From contig OZ024745.1 in NCBI GenBank assembly GCA_964016885.1, positions 125,984,001 through 126,048,000 of the forward strand: DNA of 64,000 nucleotides, read 5' to 3'. The position numbers and the translations under genes were made by a program. The first letter of the stretch is position 1. Each line of letters opens with the position of its first letter. The stretch is from Eledone cirrhosa. Its lineage: Eukaryota. The notes below the pieces were generated by a model. That model saw only the letters and a program-made list of their open reading frames with translations, did not search any database and was not told the origin of the DNA. Positions 41,000 through 54,603 of this stretch are shown here, in pieces.

Positions 41000-41544
41000 T
41001 ACATTTATTTATGTACATATGTATATAAGCATGTATGCGTGTTTCCGTGTCAATGAATATGTGTGTATGTATTATGTATGTATATGTATTTATGTATATA
41101 TGTATATATGTATTTATGTACTCTCACACACAGAAAGACATGTATATGTGAGTGTTTATAAAAAGGTTTTACTATGAAGGAAACGTTCCCCCTCCCACCA
41201 CCACCACCACCACCACCACCAAAAATGTACAGGCCTCTGTCAAAGAAATTAATATATTCACTATAACGGTTAGGTTATTTGAAATATAAGCAAAATTAAT
41301 ATAATTACAGCTAAGCTATGAGCCGAGGTTTGTCTCTTGTTCGTCCACCCTGCTAGATATACTTGCTAATTATCTTTACAAGCAGGCCGAAATAACTAAT
41401 AAAAGAAACGTGAAGGACAAATTTGACAGTTGGGTAATGAGGTTCGTGCCAACCTTTATCTATGGTCATGAATCTTGTGTAATGACCGGACGTACAAGCA
41501 GCCGAAATGAGATTCCACCCAAGGGTGTTTGGAATAACGTTACT

Positions 41545-41815
41545 CGATTGAGTGAGTAGCTCGGAGATCAGAGAGTCACTCCAGGCGTAGGAAGCTTGCA
41601 TTAGCTGGACATGTGAAACATCATGTGAACATCATGTGAACATCATGTGAAACATCACAATGAACTCGATTTTCTGGAAACCTGGGGTGTGTAGACGAAT
41701 TGGGATCCAGCTATCATGGAGATGATACCGAGCTGGAAGCAGGGAAAATTTAGACGGCAATGCTAGACAAGGTGAGCTGGAGGAGGAACTTCGTCATGGC
41801 ACCAATAACGGATGT
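41545..41815 (+). pseudogene. RTE-clade LINE ORF C-terminal remnant
   Basis: RRKLALAGHV...DDTELE...AMLDKVSWRR follows the RRL..AGH...M.DR..WR pattern; internal acatcatgtga tandem expansion. Confidence 0.6.
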
Positions 41816-41955
41816 ATAGAAGAAGAATTATTCCAAGCAATCAATGCTGGTTGATCAAGCAATCGACTGACTTGGTGTATTGAGACGTAAGCACTCCTCA
41901 CTCGGGTATTATAAGGTATTACGTACATGGTACGAGACAGAGTGTCAATTATATA

Positions 41956-42147
41956 GGCGGTGGATTGGCAGTATCGGTAGAGGGTCTGACGCCATGCTTT
42001 GCAGCACATAGTTATGGCCCTTTATGATCTGAGTTCAAATCCCACCGGGGTTAATTTTGCCTTTCATCCTTACGGGGTCGATAAAATAAAGTACCAGTAA
42101 TACACTGGGATAATTGCTGGCCTTGTGCCAAAAGTAGAAACAAATAT
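41956..42147 (+). mobile_element. Meta-like SINE
   Basis: Consensus match; short attata duplication. Confidence 0.88.
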
Positions 42148-42470
42148 TATAAAAAGAGAAGAGAGACGGTATCATGTATACATTTCAGTTTATTACATCA
42201 CCATGTTATGCAGTATCCCCTGCCCCTACCCAGCCTCATGCCAACGTATATCATATGCTCCCTTATAATCGGACAGCCAGCATCGCGTTTCATACGACGG
42301 CGAGTATATCAAACACAGAAAGAAAATTACATTACACCTAAATACCTGTCTAATGACAACACATCAAATATTGTTACACAACGACTTTGATGTCTTTGAA
42401 ATGTGAGTAACAGGATGGTGTATTAAACTCAAGCTGTAGATGTGATACCGTCTCTCTTTCTTCCTTTATA
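42148..42470. repeat. Diverged inverted termini, probable Penelope-like inverted pLTR
   Basis: agagagacggtatca...agtttattaca versus tgtattaaact...tgataccgtctctct. Confidence 0.55.
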
Positions 42471-42482
42471 TCTATATATATG

Positions 42483-42521
<39 letters not shown>

Positions 42522-42529
42522 AAATGTCT

Positions 42530-42755
42530 CTCTTACCCTGGTTTCCGTGGCGTGAAGCGACTAAGAGTTTCAGATTCCCCCCTGAACAAGACGCCAATCT
42601 AAAGCAGGGTTAACCCCTCAGCTATTGCTGGTACTTATTTTCAGCTGCATATGAAATGAAGTATGTTCCGACGAACAGAACATGCAACCTAGTCCAGGAA
42701 TCGAACCCCCGACATTATGATCGTAAGTCCAACACCTTATAACTCGGCCACGCGT
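42530..42755 (-). mobile_element. tRNA-derived SINE, fourth family
   Basis: Minus-strand head cgtggccgagt...ggggttcgattcctgg (A/B boxes); body ggtttccgtggcgtgaagcgacta...gcagggttaacccc. Confidence 0.65.
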
Positions 42756-42801
42756 ACATAAATATCATGTATAGTGTATGAATTATATAAAGTATATAAA
42801 T

Positions 42802-42997
42802 AACAAAGAAGGTGTCGTAAGATACCAGGTGGAGCATAACGCACCAGAGTACTCGATACTTAGGGTAGTAGAGTGGGTAATAGGAAAAGAGTCGACCCCG
42901 ACGGCTGAGCTCCGGCCCTTTCGACAGCTTGACCCGAACAGATATAACTATCGAAACGGCCGCAGTCCAGCCGCCGGGATGCTGACTCTTTCTCTAG
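42802..42997. mobile_element. Asymmetric fold-back copy of the 17636 family
   Basis: Long arm aac...gtagagtgggtaatagg...gagctccggccctttcga plus short return arm tcgaaacggccg...gactctttc. Confidence 0.7.
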
Positions 42998-43068
42998 TAT
43001 ATAAATATATGAATTTAATGCCTCAACAAAAATATTTATTTGTGCATTAAAATATATCTTTGATTTCG

Positions 43069-43075
43069 AAAAAAA
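43069..43075 (-). terminator. RNA polymerase III terminator (T7)
   Basis: Seven T on the minus strand, 3 nt after the tRNA 3' end. Confidence 0.9.
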
Positions 43076-43078
43076 CTT

Positions 43079-43151
43079 CGAGCTTGCCAGGAGTCGAACC
43101 TGGAATCTTCTGATCCGTAGTCAGACGCGTTATCCATTGCGCCACAAGCCC
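43079..43151 (-). tRNA. tRNA-Arg-ACG: tRNA-Arg (anticodon ACG)
   Basis: GGGCTTGTGGCGCAATGGATAACGCGTCTGACTACGGATCAGAAGATTCCAGGTTCGACTCCTGGCAAGCTCG, 73 nt; full cloverleaf, anticodon loop CT-ACG-GA, intact A and B boxes. Confidence 0.98.
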
Positions 43152-43282
43152 ACGAACAATTACCGCACTGCTACTTAATCTCTAATTTCTTTACGACTCA
43201 ACAATAGTCGCCCTCATACGTTTGATTTGGAGACGAGAGATATATATTTAAATATAAACATACACGCACCACACGCAGCATG

Positions 43283-43479
<197 letters not shown>

Positions 43480-43635
43480 GTATATATATGTATATATGTA
43501 TATATATATATGTATTCGTATCTAGCTGTCAAAACGGCCGGAGCTCAGCCGTTGGGATCCTGACTCTTTTTCTATATTTATACATATATATGTGTTTATA
43601 TATACGTTTATATATATATATATATATATATAAAA

Positions 43636-43709
<74 letters not shown>

Positions 43710-44239
43710 GTTTATATATATATATATATATATATATACATAAATATATATATATATATATATTTATATATATTTATACATACATATATATGCATGTGTG
43801 TGTGTGTGTCTGTGTATGTGTGTGTATGCCTATAAGTATACATGCTCGTATGACGGCGCGTCTTTTAATATATACAATAACGCTAAATTTGCTATTTCTT
43901 CATTAAATAGAAATCGCCACCCACTCTCAGTTTTCAACGTTTTTCACCTCTTCCTAGCGAAGGCACATACTCTCTCTCTCTCTCTATCTATCTATCTCTC
44001 TCTCTCTCTCTCGTCTATACGTTTAAATTTCCTATATTCTCTTTCTCCTTTTCTAACTTTTTCTCTCTATTTTCTGCCTTCCCTCTCTCACACTCACCCG
44101 CTCTCTCTCTCTCTCTCTTATTTTCTCTTATTTTCTCTACCGCTGCGTCTCTCGCTCTCCCTCTCTCTTATTCCCTGCTACCCCTCTCTCCGATTCTCTA
44201 CTGACCCTCTTTCCCTCTGTTACTTTCTTTCATACACAC

Positions 44240-44325
<86 letters not shown>

Positions 44326-44433
44326 TCTCTCTCACTCTGCTTCTTTTACCTGCACATGCCCGCCTTCCTGGATAATTATACGACGTTGCATATATATATA
44401 TATATATACATTGAGATAAGCGGATATATATAC

Positions 44434-44483
<50 letters not shown>

Positions 44484-44734
44484 GTGAGCATGTGATTAAG
44501 TGTAAGTGTACGGGCATTCATACATATGTACTTGAGTGTGATCTTGTGTAGACGCACGTTAGTATGTAGGCGAAGGCGCCAAGCTATCTGTAGGGTCATG
44601 TATGGCAATGCAGTCCTCTCTCTGCTGGCATTGAACATACAACACTGAAACAATGCAGTTTGTTAGATGTATTTAAATGTCATCTTCTCACTGCACACCT
44701 AACTTTTCTTTTATTATTCTTATAGATGCGAAGA

Positions 44735-47082
44735 CGGCATGAATTGGTAGAGAGACGGACGCCATGCTTAGCGGCATAGAGTTATGGCCTTTTACGGTCT
44801 CAGTTCAAATCCTGCCGAGGTTAGCTTTGCCTTTCATCATTACGAGGTTGATAAAATAAAGTCCCAGTAATGCACTGGGGTCGGTTCAATTGACACCCCC
44901 CCCCCCCAAAAAAAAATTACTGGCCTTGTGCCTATACTAGAAATCCTTATTGTTAAAATAAAGTACCAGTAATGCACTGGGTAATTACTGGCCTTGTGCC
45001 TATACTAGAAACAATTATTGTTATAGTGAATTGGCAGAATCGGTAGAGGGTCGAACGTGCTTTCCAGCGTAGTTACCTCCCTTTATGATCTGAGTTCAAA
45101 TCCTGCCGAGGTTAGCTTTGCCTTTCATCCTTACGGGGTCGATAAAATAAAGTACCAGTAATACACTGATGAATTGCTGGCCTTGTGCCAAAACTAGAAA
45201 CAATTATTGTTATAGTTGCGAGGAGGACGGTGAATTGGCAGTATCGGTAGAGACACGGACGCCATGCTTAGCGGCATAGAGTTATGGCCTTTAACGTTCT
45301 GAGTTCAAATTCTCTCCCACAAAATTGCTGGCCTTGTGCCTAGACTGGAAACAATTATTGGTATTATTCCGAGGGCGGTGAATTGGCAGAATCGGTAGCG
45401 CGTCGGACAACATGCTTAATGACATGGAGTTATGGCCCTTTACTCTCTGAATACAAATTCCGCCCGTGTTAGCTTTGTCTTTCATCCTTACAGGGTGGAT
45501 AAAATAAAGTACCAGTCACACACTGGGGTCGATTTAATCGACTTCCCCTCCCCCAAAATTGCTGGGCCTTGTGCCTAGATAAGGTGGATTGGCAGTATCG
45601 GTAGAGGGTCGGACGCGATGCTTTCCAGCATAGAGTTACGGCCCTTTATGAGCTGAGTTCAAATCATGCCGAGGTTAATTTTGCCTAAACTGGGATAATT
45701 GCTGGCCTTGTGCCAAAGTAGAAACAATTATTACTCGAGTGGTAGATTGACAGAATCGGTATAGCATCGGACAACATGCCTAGCGGCATAGAGTTATGGC
45801 CATTTACGCTCTGCGTTCAAATCCTGCTGATGTTAGCTTTGTAATTCATCCTTACAGGGTCGATAAAATAAAGTACCAGTAATGCACTGGGGTCGATTTA
45901 ATCGACTTTCCCTTTCCCTTAATATCGTTGGCCTTGTGGTTAAATCAGGAACAATTATTGCTGTTGTTGTTAGTGCAGAATCTTCAGTGCGTGGGCCTCG
46001 GTTTCGATTGATGAGTGTTTCAGTTGTTCAATTAAAGAAACGATCTACTAATGAAATAAGTGACTGAACATTCCACAAGCGCGTGTACCCTTAACGTAGT
46101 TCTCAGGGAAATTTAGTGTGAAGCAGGGTATGACAAGGCTGACCCTTTGAAATATATGTACAGTCCATCCGACGGGTTTTCCATTTCACCCAGAAGGCGT
46201 GAGTCGACCAAGGCTATCCATGGTAAATGCCACTTGCCTAAGATGTCACACAGTGGGATCGAACCCCGAACTTAATAATTGTGAAGGGAATGCCATGTCC
46301 ATTCGGCTAAGCTGCCTGCACATGTCGGATAAAATGCATTACAGTATTCCGCAAAGGAAAAGTCGATTAAATCGACGCCAATACATTTCTGGTACTTTAT
46401 TTATCGACCCTGTAAGGATGAAAGACAAATTAACCTCGGCAGAATTTGAACTTAGAACGTAAAGGGCCATATCTCTATGTCGTTATTCTGGTTTTAACTT
46501 TGCTACTCATCTTTCTAGGATCGATAAAATAAAGTACCAGTAACTTACTGAGTCTAATTGTTGACTTTCTACCTAAATTAGAATATATTATTGTTATTGT
46601 TCATGGCGTGATGGATTGGCAGTATCGGTAGAGCGTCGAATAACATACTTTGTGGCATATAGTTACGCCCTTAACATTTTTAGTTCAAATCTCACTGAAG
46701 TTAACTTTGCCTTTCATCTTTATGGGGTCGATAAAATAAAGTACCAGTAAGGCACTGGGGATGGATTTAATCAACTTTCCCCTCCCCAAAAAACTATTGG
46801 CCTTCTGCCTAAATCAGAAAGCATTGTTGTTATTGTTGATGTTAAAGGCGGTGGATCGGCAAAATCGGTAGAGCATAGGGCACCATGCTTTGCAGCATAA
46901 AGTTACGGCCCTTTATGGTCTGAGTGCAAACCCCGCCGAGGTTAGCTTTGTCTTTCATTATTACGAGGTTGATAAAATAAGGTACACTGGTACCTTATTT
47001 TATGCACTGGGGTAGATTTAATCGACTTTGCCCCTCCCTTCAAATTGCTGGCCTTGTGCCTTTAGTAGAAACAGTTATTGTT
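44735..47082 (+). mobile_element. Dense cluster of about 11 Meta-like SINE copies (about 10 on +) plus one older SINE
   Basis: Heads near 44735, 45026, 45226, 45372, 45583, 45738, 46605 and 46846; partial copies at 44953 and 46490; one minus copy at 46355-46485. Confidence 0.9.
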
Positions 47083-47419
47083 GATGTTACTCATTTTGTT
47101 TGTTCATTTATGTATTTCTTTATTTGTAGATAAAATAAATCAAAGAACGCCTACATACTTATACGATTTTTATTCGCTAACAATGTTTCATCCATACCGT
47201 GGGGCAGGAATCCTCAGAGCGTAATCAATAAAAAATATAGTGCTGAATATAAGCTCTACCAAGCTTAGTCACCAGAACAGTAGAGAATCAGTACAGGATA
47301 GCATGAAAGGGAGATTGGATATGAGAAGGATGGAGAGAATGCGTGCAGGGTTTCTTTGTTTGTATATATATTTAGAATTTAAGTATGTCTGTGTGAATGT
47401 ATGTTTATGTGAAGGCGAG

Positions 47420-47720
47420 TTTCTTAGTGGGTAGAGGACTTGATTCATGATCGTAATGTTGTGAGTTCGATGCCGGGCGCGCTGTGTTCTAAATAAAGAC
47501 ATTTTATTTCACATTGCTTCAGGAGCCAAAGTGGAGGAATGAGCCGTATCTCTATTTCAAAGGGCCAACTTAATCACACACTGTTTCACTGTGAATCTCC
47601 ATAAGAATTTCTTTATGGTTAGACATGTCTGTAAAATGCACATCCAATTGCACGTTAATTTCCCCAAGAGGATGCTTCGTGAATAAAACAACAGAAACGC
47701 CCGTCATCAGAAACAGTTAA
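47420..47720 (+). mobile_element. Older tRNA SINE, second family
   Basis: B box gagttcgatgcc; body is the reverse complement of the 9450 and 28820 copies. Confidence 0.65.
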
Positions 47721-48502
47721 CGTAAACATCGACAGCCACATGGACACACATAATCCAAGACTAAGATAACAGACACTTCCTCGTGATACTGCGCAGTGTG
47801 ATTGAACACAGAACAACGTAGTTGCGCACCGAACCTTTAAACACCACAGACATGATTACGTCCTGTTAGAGACAATAATGATATCAACAATGATAATAAT
47901 GGTGATAAGGGCCACAGCTCCTGCGTTCTTTTGTCGACTTTTGATGCGCAAAAAGTAGCAGAATTTTTTTTTCTTTCTTTTAGGCATTTCCGATTCAAGT
48001 TGTGGATGTCAGTTAATTTGGTATCAGCTAATGGTATGGTTATTTTAGAGTGTCTAATACTAATAGTCGCCCACATGTTCTGAAAGCAAGGTGGATACCT
48101 CGCGGACAAGATTATTAAGAGGAACAAAGATAGCGATGAAGATATTTAAAAAAAAAACATTCAAGACACTAATACAGAGACACACAAAGTGTACACTAAT
48201 GTATGTAATAATATGTATGAAATTATGCTTTCATAAGGAGATGATCGGAGAGTTTTTCTCTTACCTTCGTTTGTGTTATATTCAGAGGAGCAAAGACAAG
48301 GTAAATGGCCATTATTGACCTTATAGTGGTGAAGAATTATTGATAAATATAGTATGAAGCAGCGCATCAAGATATCACATTACTGATCCGATATATTTAT
48401 TTATTTATTTAGGTTTGTTGGTTTACCACTGGATAGAACTGGTCATTCCGTGTGGTGAACCTCGATGTAATATTATGGAGAGCACTCAATATATATATAT
48501 AG

Positions 48503-48574
<72 letters not shown>

Positions 48575-48577
48575 GGG

Positions 48578-48612
<35 letters not shown>

Positions 48613-48970
48613 CGGGAGGGATTCAGTTTGAAACTGGTTAGATCATTACTCAACAGCGTACTCGATACTTGGGGTAGTAGAGTATGGTTACATTATAAAG
48701 AGTCGGGTCCCAGACTGGAACTAGCTGTTGAAACGGCAAGAGCTCAGCCGTCGTGTCCCGACTATTTATTACATATATATATATATATAAAAAAAAAATA
48801 TATATATAGTTGTTATATTGTAAGGTGTATTATTGTAAGGTGTATTATTGGTTGTGTCATACGGTCCAATAAACTTTTGTTACCAATATTAAGTTCTCCA
48901 CGCTTCTGTATATCTCCAATTCCATTTAAGGGAACAGCTAGATGATGTAAAGCGGAGAATTTGTATCAAA

Positions 48971-49534
48971 ATAAAGGTCTGAAGGCATAGTATAAATTTC
49001 CAATCATTTTAATCACAACACGTTTCAATAAGAGATTGATCGATCGTGTGGTCATGATCGATTATTATTGATCTCAAAGGGCGGTGAATTGGCAGTATCG
49101 GTAGAGGGTTGGACGCCATGCTTTCTAGCATAGTTACGTCCCTTTACAGTCTGAGTTCAAATCCCGCCGAGGTTAACTTTGCCTTTCATCCTTACGGGGT
49201 CGATAAAATAAAGTACCAGTAATGTACTGGGTAGTTGCTGGCCTTGTGCCTAAAGTAGAAACAATTATTGATCTCATCAGGTGAATAATGAAATCTCTTC
49301 AAATCTTTGATATGGGGGAGGAAAAACTAACGATGTTCACATAGAGGGGAACAACACTCTAGTGAGTGAGCATCGTTAGCTTTTCCTCCCCCATATCAAA
49401 GATTTGAAGACATTTCATTATTCACCTGATGAGATCGGTGATAATCGATCATGACCACACGATCAAGCTATCTCTTATTGAAACATGTGTCGTGATTAAA
49501 ATGATTGGAAATGTATACCATACCTTCTGATCTT

Positions 49535-49537
<3 letters not shown>
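48971..49537. mobile_element. Inverted pair of Penelope-like pLTRs, left arm split by a SINE (49077-49268)
   Basis: Arms match once the SINE and its TSD attattgatctca are removed; each arm carries a hammerhead core. Confidence 0.85.
49418..49499 (+). ncRNA. Type I hammerhead ribozyme
   Basis: TCAC-CTGATGA-(long stem II)-GAAA-CATGTG-TC|GTGA; GUC cleavage triplet at 49489-49491. Confidence 0.7.
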
Positions 49538-49605
<68 letters not shown>

Positions 49606-49972
49606 GTGTGCGTGTGTGTGTGTGTGTGTATGTGTGTGTGTGTGTGTCATCTGTGCAGACTTACCTGGAGTGCTATGACTGGTAGTCAGTGTGAGTAAAC
49701 GTAGGTGTGGAGCAAATTCCAATAGATTATATCTCTGGAAATCAAGGATTGTTAGTAATTGTAGCTGTGAGAAGTGATACGCTGTGGAAATGACGAAGAG
49801 AAGAAAGATTCATGTGTCAAGAAGGCCTGGGTAGAAGGAGGATACTGTTAGCTATTAGAGAAGAGCAGCAGTCGTAGTGGCAGCCATGTTGGGAAACCCT
49901 GGCTTAGAGTAACCAAGATTTCATTAAGAGAATTCTCAAAATCGTAACGACACGGTTATAAGAATTCGCCAT

Positions 49973-50615
49973 TGGTGGATTGGCAGTATCGGTAGAAGGT
50001 CGGACACCATGAATTGCAGTATAGTTACGCCCCTTTACGGTTTGAGTTCAAATCCCGCTGAGGTTAACTTTGCCTTTCATCCTTTCAGGGTCGATAAAAT
50101 AAAGTACCAGTGGGATAATTAGTGGGTTTGTGCCAACAGTAGAAACAATTATATTTGTGAATGAGGGCGGTTGATTGGCAGTATCAGTAGAGAGTCGGAC
50201 ACCATGCTTTGCAGCATAGAGTTACGCCCCTTTACGGTCTGAGTTCAAATCCTGCTGAGATTAACTTTGCCTTTCATTCTTACGAGGTCGATAAAATAAA
50301 GCACCAGTAATTAACTGGGGTTATTGCTGGCCTTGCGCCAAAAGTAGAAACAATTATATTTGTGAATGATCCGATGTAGAACCAAGCGAGAAGTGATTTA
50401 AGGCAAAGTACTCAATACATAAAATAATTGTTTCTACTTTTGGCACAAGGCCAGCAATTATCACAGTGTATTACTGGTACGTTATTTTATCGACCACCTA
50501 AGTTTGAAAGGTAAAGTTAACCATGGCGGGATTTGGACTCAGACCATAAAGGGCCGTAACTCTTTGCTGCAAAGCATGGCGTCCGACCCTTTACCGATAC
50601 TGCCAATCCACCGCC
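49973..50615. mobile_element. Three Meta-like SINEs (+, +, -)
   Basis: The second copy has TSD attatatttgtgaatga overlapping the first copy's tail; the third is bracketed by atacataaaataat. Confidence 0.9.
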
Positions 50616-51024
50616 TATATAAAATACATAAAATAATGTGGATATATAAATGTTCATCTATTGAATTCATTACAACAGGAAACAGAACTAGTTTCGTAAA
50701 AATCTCTAGTTTTAGAAATTGAACAAAAGTATGTGTGAGTATTGATTTATTGATAATTTATCTGAGTGTCCCGAATCTTCCATATCGAACTTTTCGGTTA
50801 TTTGGTTGATTGTAGACATATTCTACGTGTGACGGTATTTTAACGATAGTTATAGCTCTGATTTATTTGAATTATAGAGCCCTCTGCCGCTCATCTCGAA
50901 TTTTGTTTATCGTGAACTCGTGCGCCGATTTTTCGATACTCGATTATTCTACTATATATATATATGCGTGTGAGTGTGTGTATGTTTGTGTGTGTGTGAG
51001 TGTACTATATACATACAACATACA

Positions 51025-51250
51025 TATGATGATGATGACTGCATCTCGATTTCGAATAATGTCATCGCTTGATACTTAATATGAGCAACACGGACGTGGC
51101 TTTTTAGTCCTGCTAGGGTTTTGCTTATGGCCAGCAACACCATACACCGCAAAAAATGTCACAAATGAAGCGCTGTCTGTGCTTGAAACTTTTTTAAGTG
51201 AAGCAAGGCTTTGCACGGGCCCATTCTTACTTTCTGAACATCGAATGCAT
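51025..51250 (-). mobile_element. RTE-derived element 3' fragment
   Basis: Reverse complement of the 6445-6648 sequence. Confidence 0.6.
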
Positions 51251-51640
51251 TCGCCCCGCCCCCAAACGACCTGGTTGGTAGGTAATTAAGTAGTTAGGTT
51301 GGCATGTAAATAGGTAGGTAGCTCGGTAGGTATGAATGTATTTATGTGTATTTCTTTTTGTTCTTAAATTTGATTGGTCAGGGCTTGAAATCTAAATCCA
51401 TCCACATGTTGTTCATTTTTTCTCACAACTAACTCCCGAAATTCGCTAACACTACACCTGATATCCCCCTCAATATACACCCACACATATATCTGTATGT
51501 ATATTATGACTCATATACTGTTAACTTTCCTGACATTTGTACATTATTCTCTGTACTATACATGCACCTTTGATGAGTTGTAGTGCACCTGAGTACTGTA
51601 CACAATAATTTCATTATTATTATACTATTATTTATATTAA

Positions 51641-53030
51641 CGGTGGGTTGGCAGTATCGGTAGAGCATCAGACACCATACTTTGCAGCACAGAGTTATGG
51701 TCCTTTACGTTCTGAGTTCAAAACCCGCCGAGGTTAACTTCGCCTTTCAAAGCAAATAAAGCACCAGTAATGCACTGGGGGAATTGCTGGCCTTGTGCCA
51801 AATGTAGAAACAATTATTATTATTAACTAATTTAGGGTGGTAGATTAGCAGTATCGGTGGAGCGTCCGACAATATGATTTATGGCATAGGGTTACGCCCC
51901 TTTACGATCTGAGTTCAAATCCCGCCGAGGTTAGCTTTGCCTTTCATCCTTACGGGGTCGATAAAATAAAGCACTGGGAGTCGATTTAATCGACTTTATC
52001 CAAAAATTGCTGGCCTTGTGCCTAAAGTAGAAACAATTATTAACTAATTTAACAAGCCGGTTGTCTTCAGGAACTCCTACAAAACATTCAGAAATGAAAT
52101 TGAAGCAACAAATGATTAATCGGAAGTCTGACATTATTTAAATAGTTTGTACTCACTAGCATTATATAAGCTGCATTTGGTGAATGATTCATTAATTAAA
52201 AGAAAAACACTAACAGAAACAGCAACAGAACAGTTAGAACAAAAACAAGGAGAGATAAGAGGAACAGCAGTACTACTACCACTACTACTACTACCACTAC
52301 CACTACTACTACTACCACTACTACTACTACTACTAATGATAATAATTTAGGCACAAGGCCAGCAATTTTGGGGGCGGGGAAAGTCGATTAAATCAACCCC
52401 AGGGCGTGACTGGTACTTTGTTTCATCGACCCCGTAACGATGAAAGGCAAAGTTAACCTCGGCGGGATTTGAACTCAGAACGTAAAGGCCCATAACTCTG
52501 TGCTGCGGAGCATGTTGTCCGACCCTCTACTGATACTGCCAATCCGTGGCCCGAATGATAATGATAATAAATGTTTCTACTTTAGGAAGAAGAAGACGAA
52601 TTTATTGTTTGTAAACAAGGACACACGGCATTGGTGACAATACAAGGACGAAAAACAAGTTGTAAAAGGAAAGAAAAATCGACAAAGGGGGACAAGAAAT
52701 CAGTAACAATGTTAATAAATAAACGTGTTTCTTTTTTTGGCACAAGGCCAGCATAACCCCCAGTGCATTACTGGTACTTTATCGACCCTGTAAGGATGCA
52801 AGGCAAAGCTAACCTCAGCGGCATTTGAACTCAGAATCCTTTCGAACAACTACAATATTTGTTTCTACTTTTGGCACAAGGTCAGCATCACTGGTGCTTT
52901 ATTACACCGTAAGGAAGAAAGACAAAGCTAACCGCGGCGGGATATGGACTCAGAACGTAAAGGGCCACAACTCTATGCTGCAAAGCATGTTATCTGAAGC
53001 TCTACCGATACTCTGCCAAACCACCGCCCT
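51641..53030. mobile_element. Five Meta-like SINE copies (+, +, -, -, -)
   Basis: Copies at about 51641-51815, 51834-52038 (TSD ttattaactaattta), 52345-52553, 52725-52838 and 52855-53030. Confidence 0.85.
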
Positions 53031-53854
53031 GATAATAAATAGTAATAAAAGTAAAACTACATCCGTTATTTGCATGCTTTCACGAGGTGTGTTAAGTGCC
53101 CATACATTCGCGAGCAGATCTAGCGGAACGTCCTGGCTGTGACAGCTGGAAGGAGAGAGGGCTGCACCAGCACTGGAATGGTACTTTCTTTATCGAACCA
53201 GAAAGCCGAAAGGATAGAATGTAAAATGAAACACAGCGAGATTTGAAATGAACACACAGAAACCCGGAAAAATATCCAACGGTCTAGAAAGTCTGTAAAA
53301 TCAGCCGCCATAAAATTATATGAGAAGTCAACAAGAAAAGTTACCTATTAGAAGGGACTAACAACAGTGTAATTCTAGGGATTACACTGTCAGGTCAATG
53401 ACTCTGTAAGCGCCCTCTTCCGATTTCTTTAACCTTGCTTAGAAAAGCATCCTCAGAATAATCACATAGCTGTCCTCGCCCATCATTGAGGAAATACTTT
53501 AGGAAGTAATTGAATTACCTTGAAACTGTTTTCTGATGAATTACTCATGTTTACTTTACCTCATGGAAGCATGTCATTAGTGTTTCCGATTCTAAATATA
53601 AAGAAATATAAGCTCATCGTCTCTGCAATCCTCAATATCATTGGAAAACTGTTACTACAATATCTGTATACCAGATACCAGAGTGTAATAAGAAAAAAAC
53701 ACTCAATGTTTGTGTATCTTACTAAAACTATACTAAAGATAACATCGCTAGTTTGGCTGCGTCTAACTCAGAAATTCTTGGAGGTATTCTTATTTTTGCT
53801 GTGTCTTGATAACAATTACTTAACTAAATCTATTATGTTCTTACCATCTGGTAA

Positions 53855-54045
53855 AGGGCGGTGGATAGGCAGTATTGGTAGAGGGTCGGACACTATGCTT
53901 TGACGCATAGAGTTACGCACCGTGCCATTCTGAGTTCAAATCGCGCCAAGGTTAACTTTGCCTTTCATCCTTACGGGGTCGATAAAATAAAGTACCAGTA
54001 ATGTACTGGGTAATTGCTGGCCTTGTGCCAAAAGTAGAAACAATT
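53855..54045 (+). mobile_element. Meta-like SINE
   Basis: TSD attatgttcttaccatctg. Confidence 0.9.
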
Positions 54046-54448
54046 ATGTTCTTACCATCTGTGACGCGGCCGATTGTTTTGTATCAAGGTAAATTAATTG
54101 GCCAGAGAAATACGTATTATGTAACAATAAATACGTTATTTGAATCCGGTCGTCACATGTTTTTCATTGAAGTGTATCTATATATAATGTCTACATTCCT
54201 CTTCATTTGAAGTTGAACTCAAAGATCACAAGATGGAAATGTATTAAAAGTTTCGCATAATCTGGATGTTGCGTTGATAGAATTAATACCCAACCAACCA
54301 CTCACTCCACATTTGTACATACATGTGTTATAATTGCATACGTGCATGTATACACCAATATCACCTTTGATTTTATATATTTATATATATATATGTGTGT
54401 GTGAGTGTGTGTATGTATGTATATATACATACATATATGCATATATAT

Positions 54449-54501
<53 letters not shown>

Positions 54502-54562
54502 TACATATATATATACATATATATATATACATATATATATACATATACATATATTCACTCAT

Positions 54563-54603
<41 letters not shown>

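Noticed and set aside
49665-49734. Possible 70-bp minus-strand exon ending in CAG|gtaagt
   Set aside because: Good donor but unrecognisable peptide and no supporting exons; needs RNA-seq.
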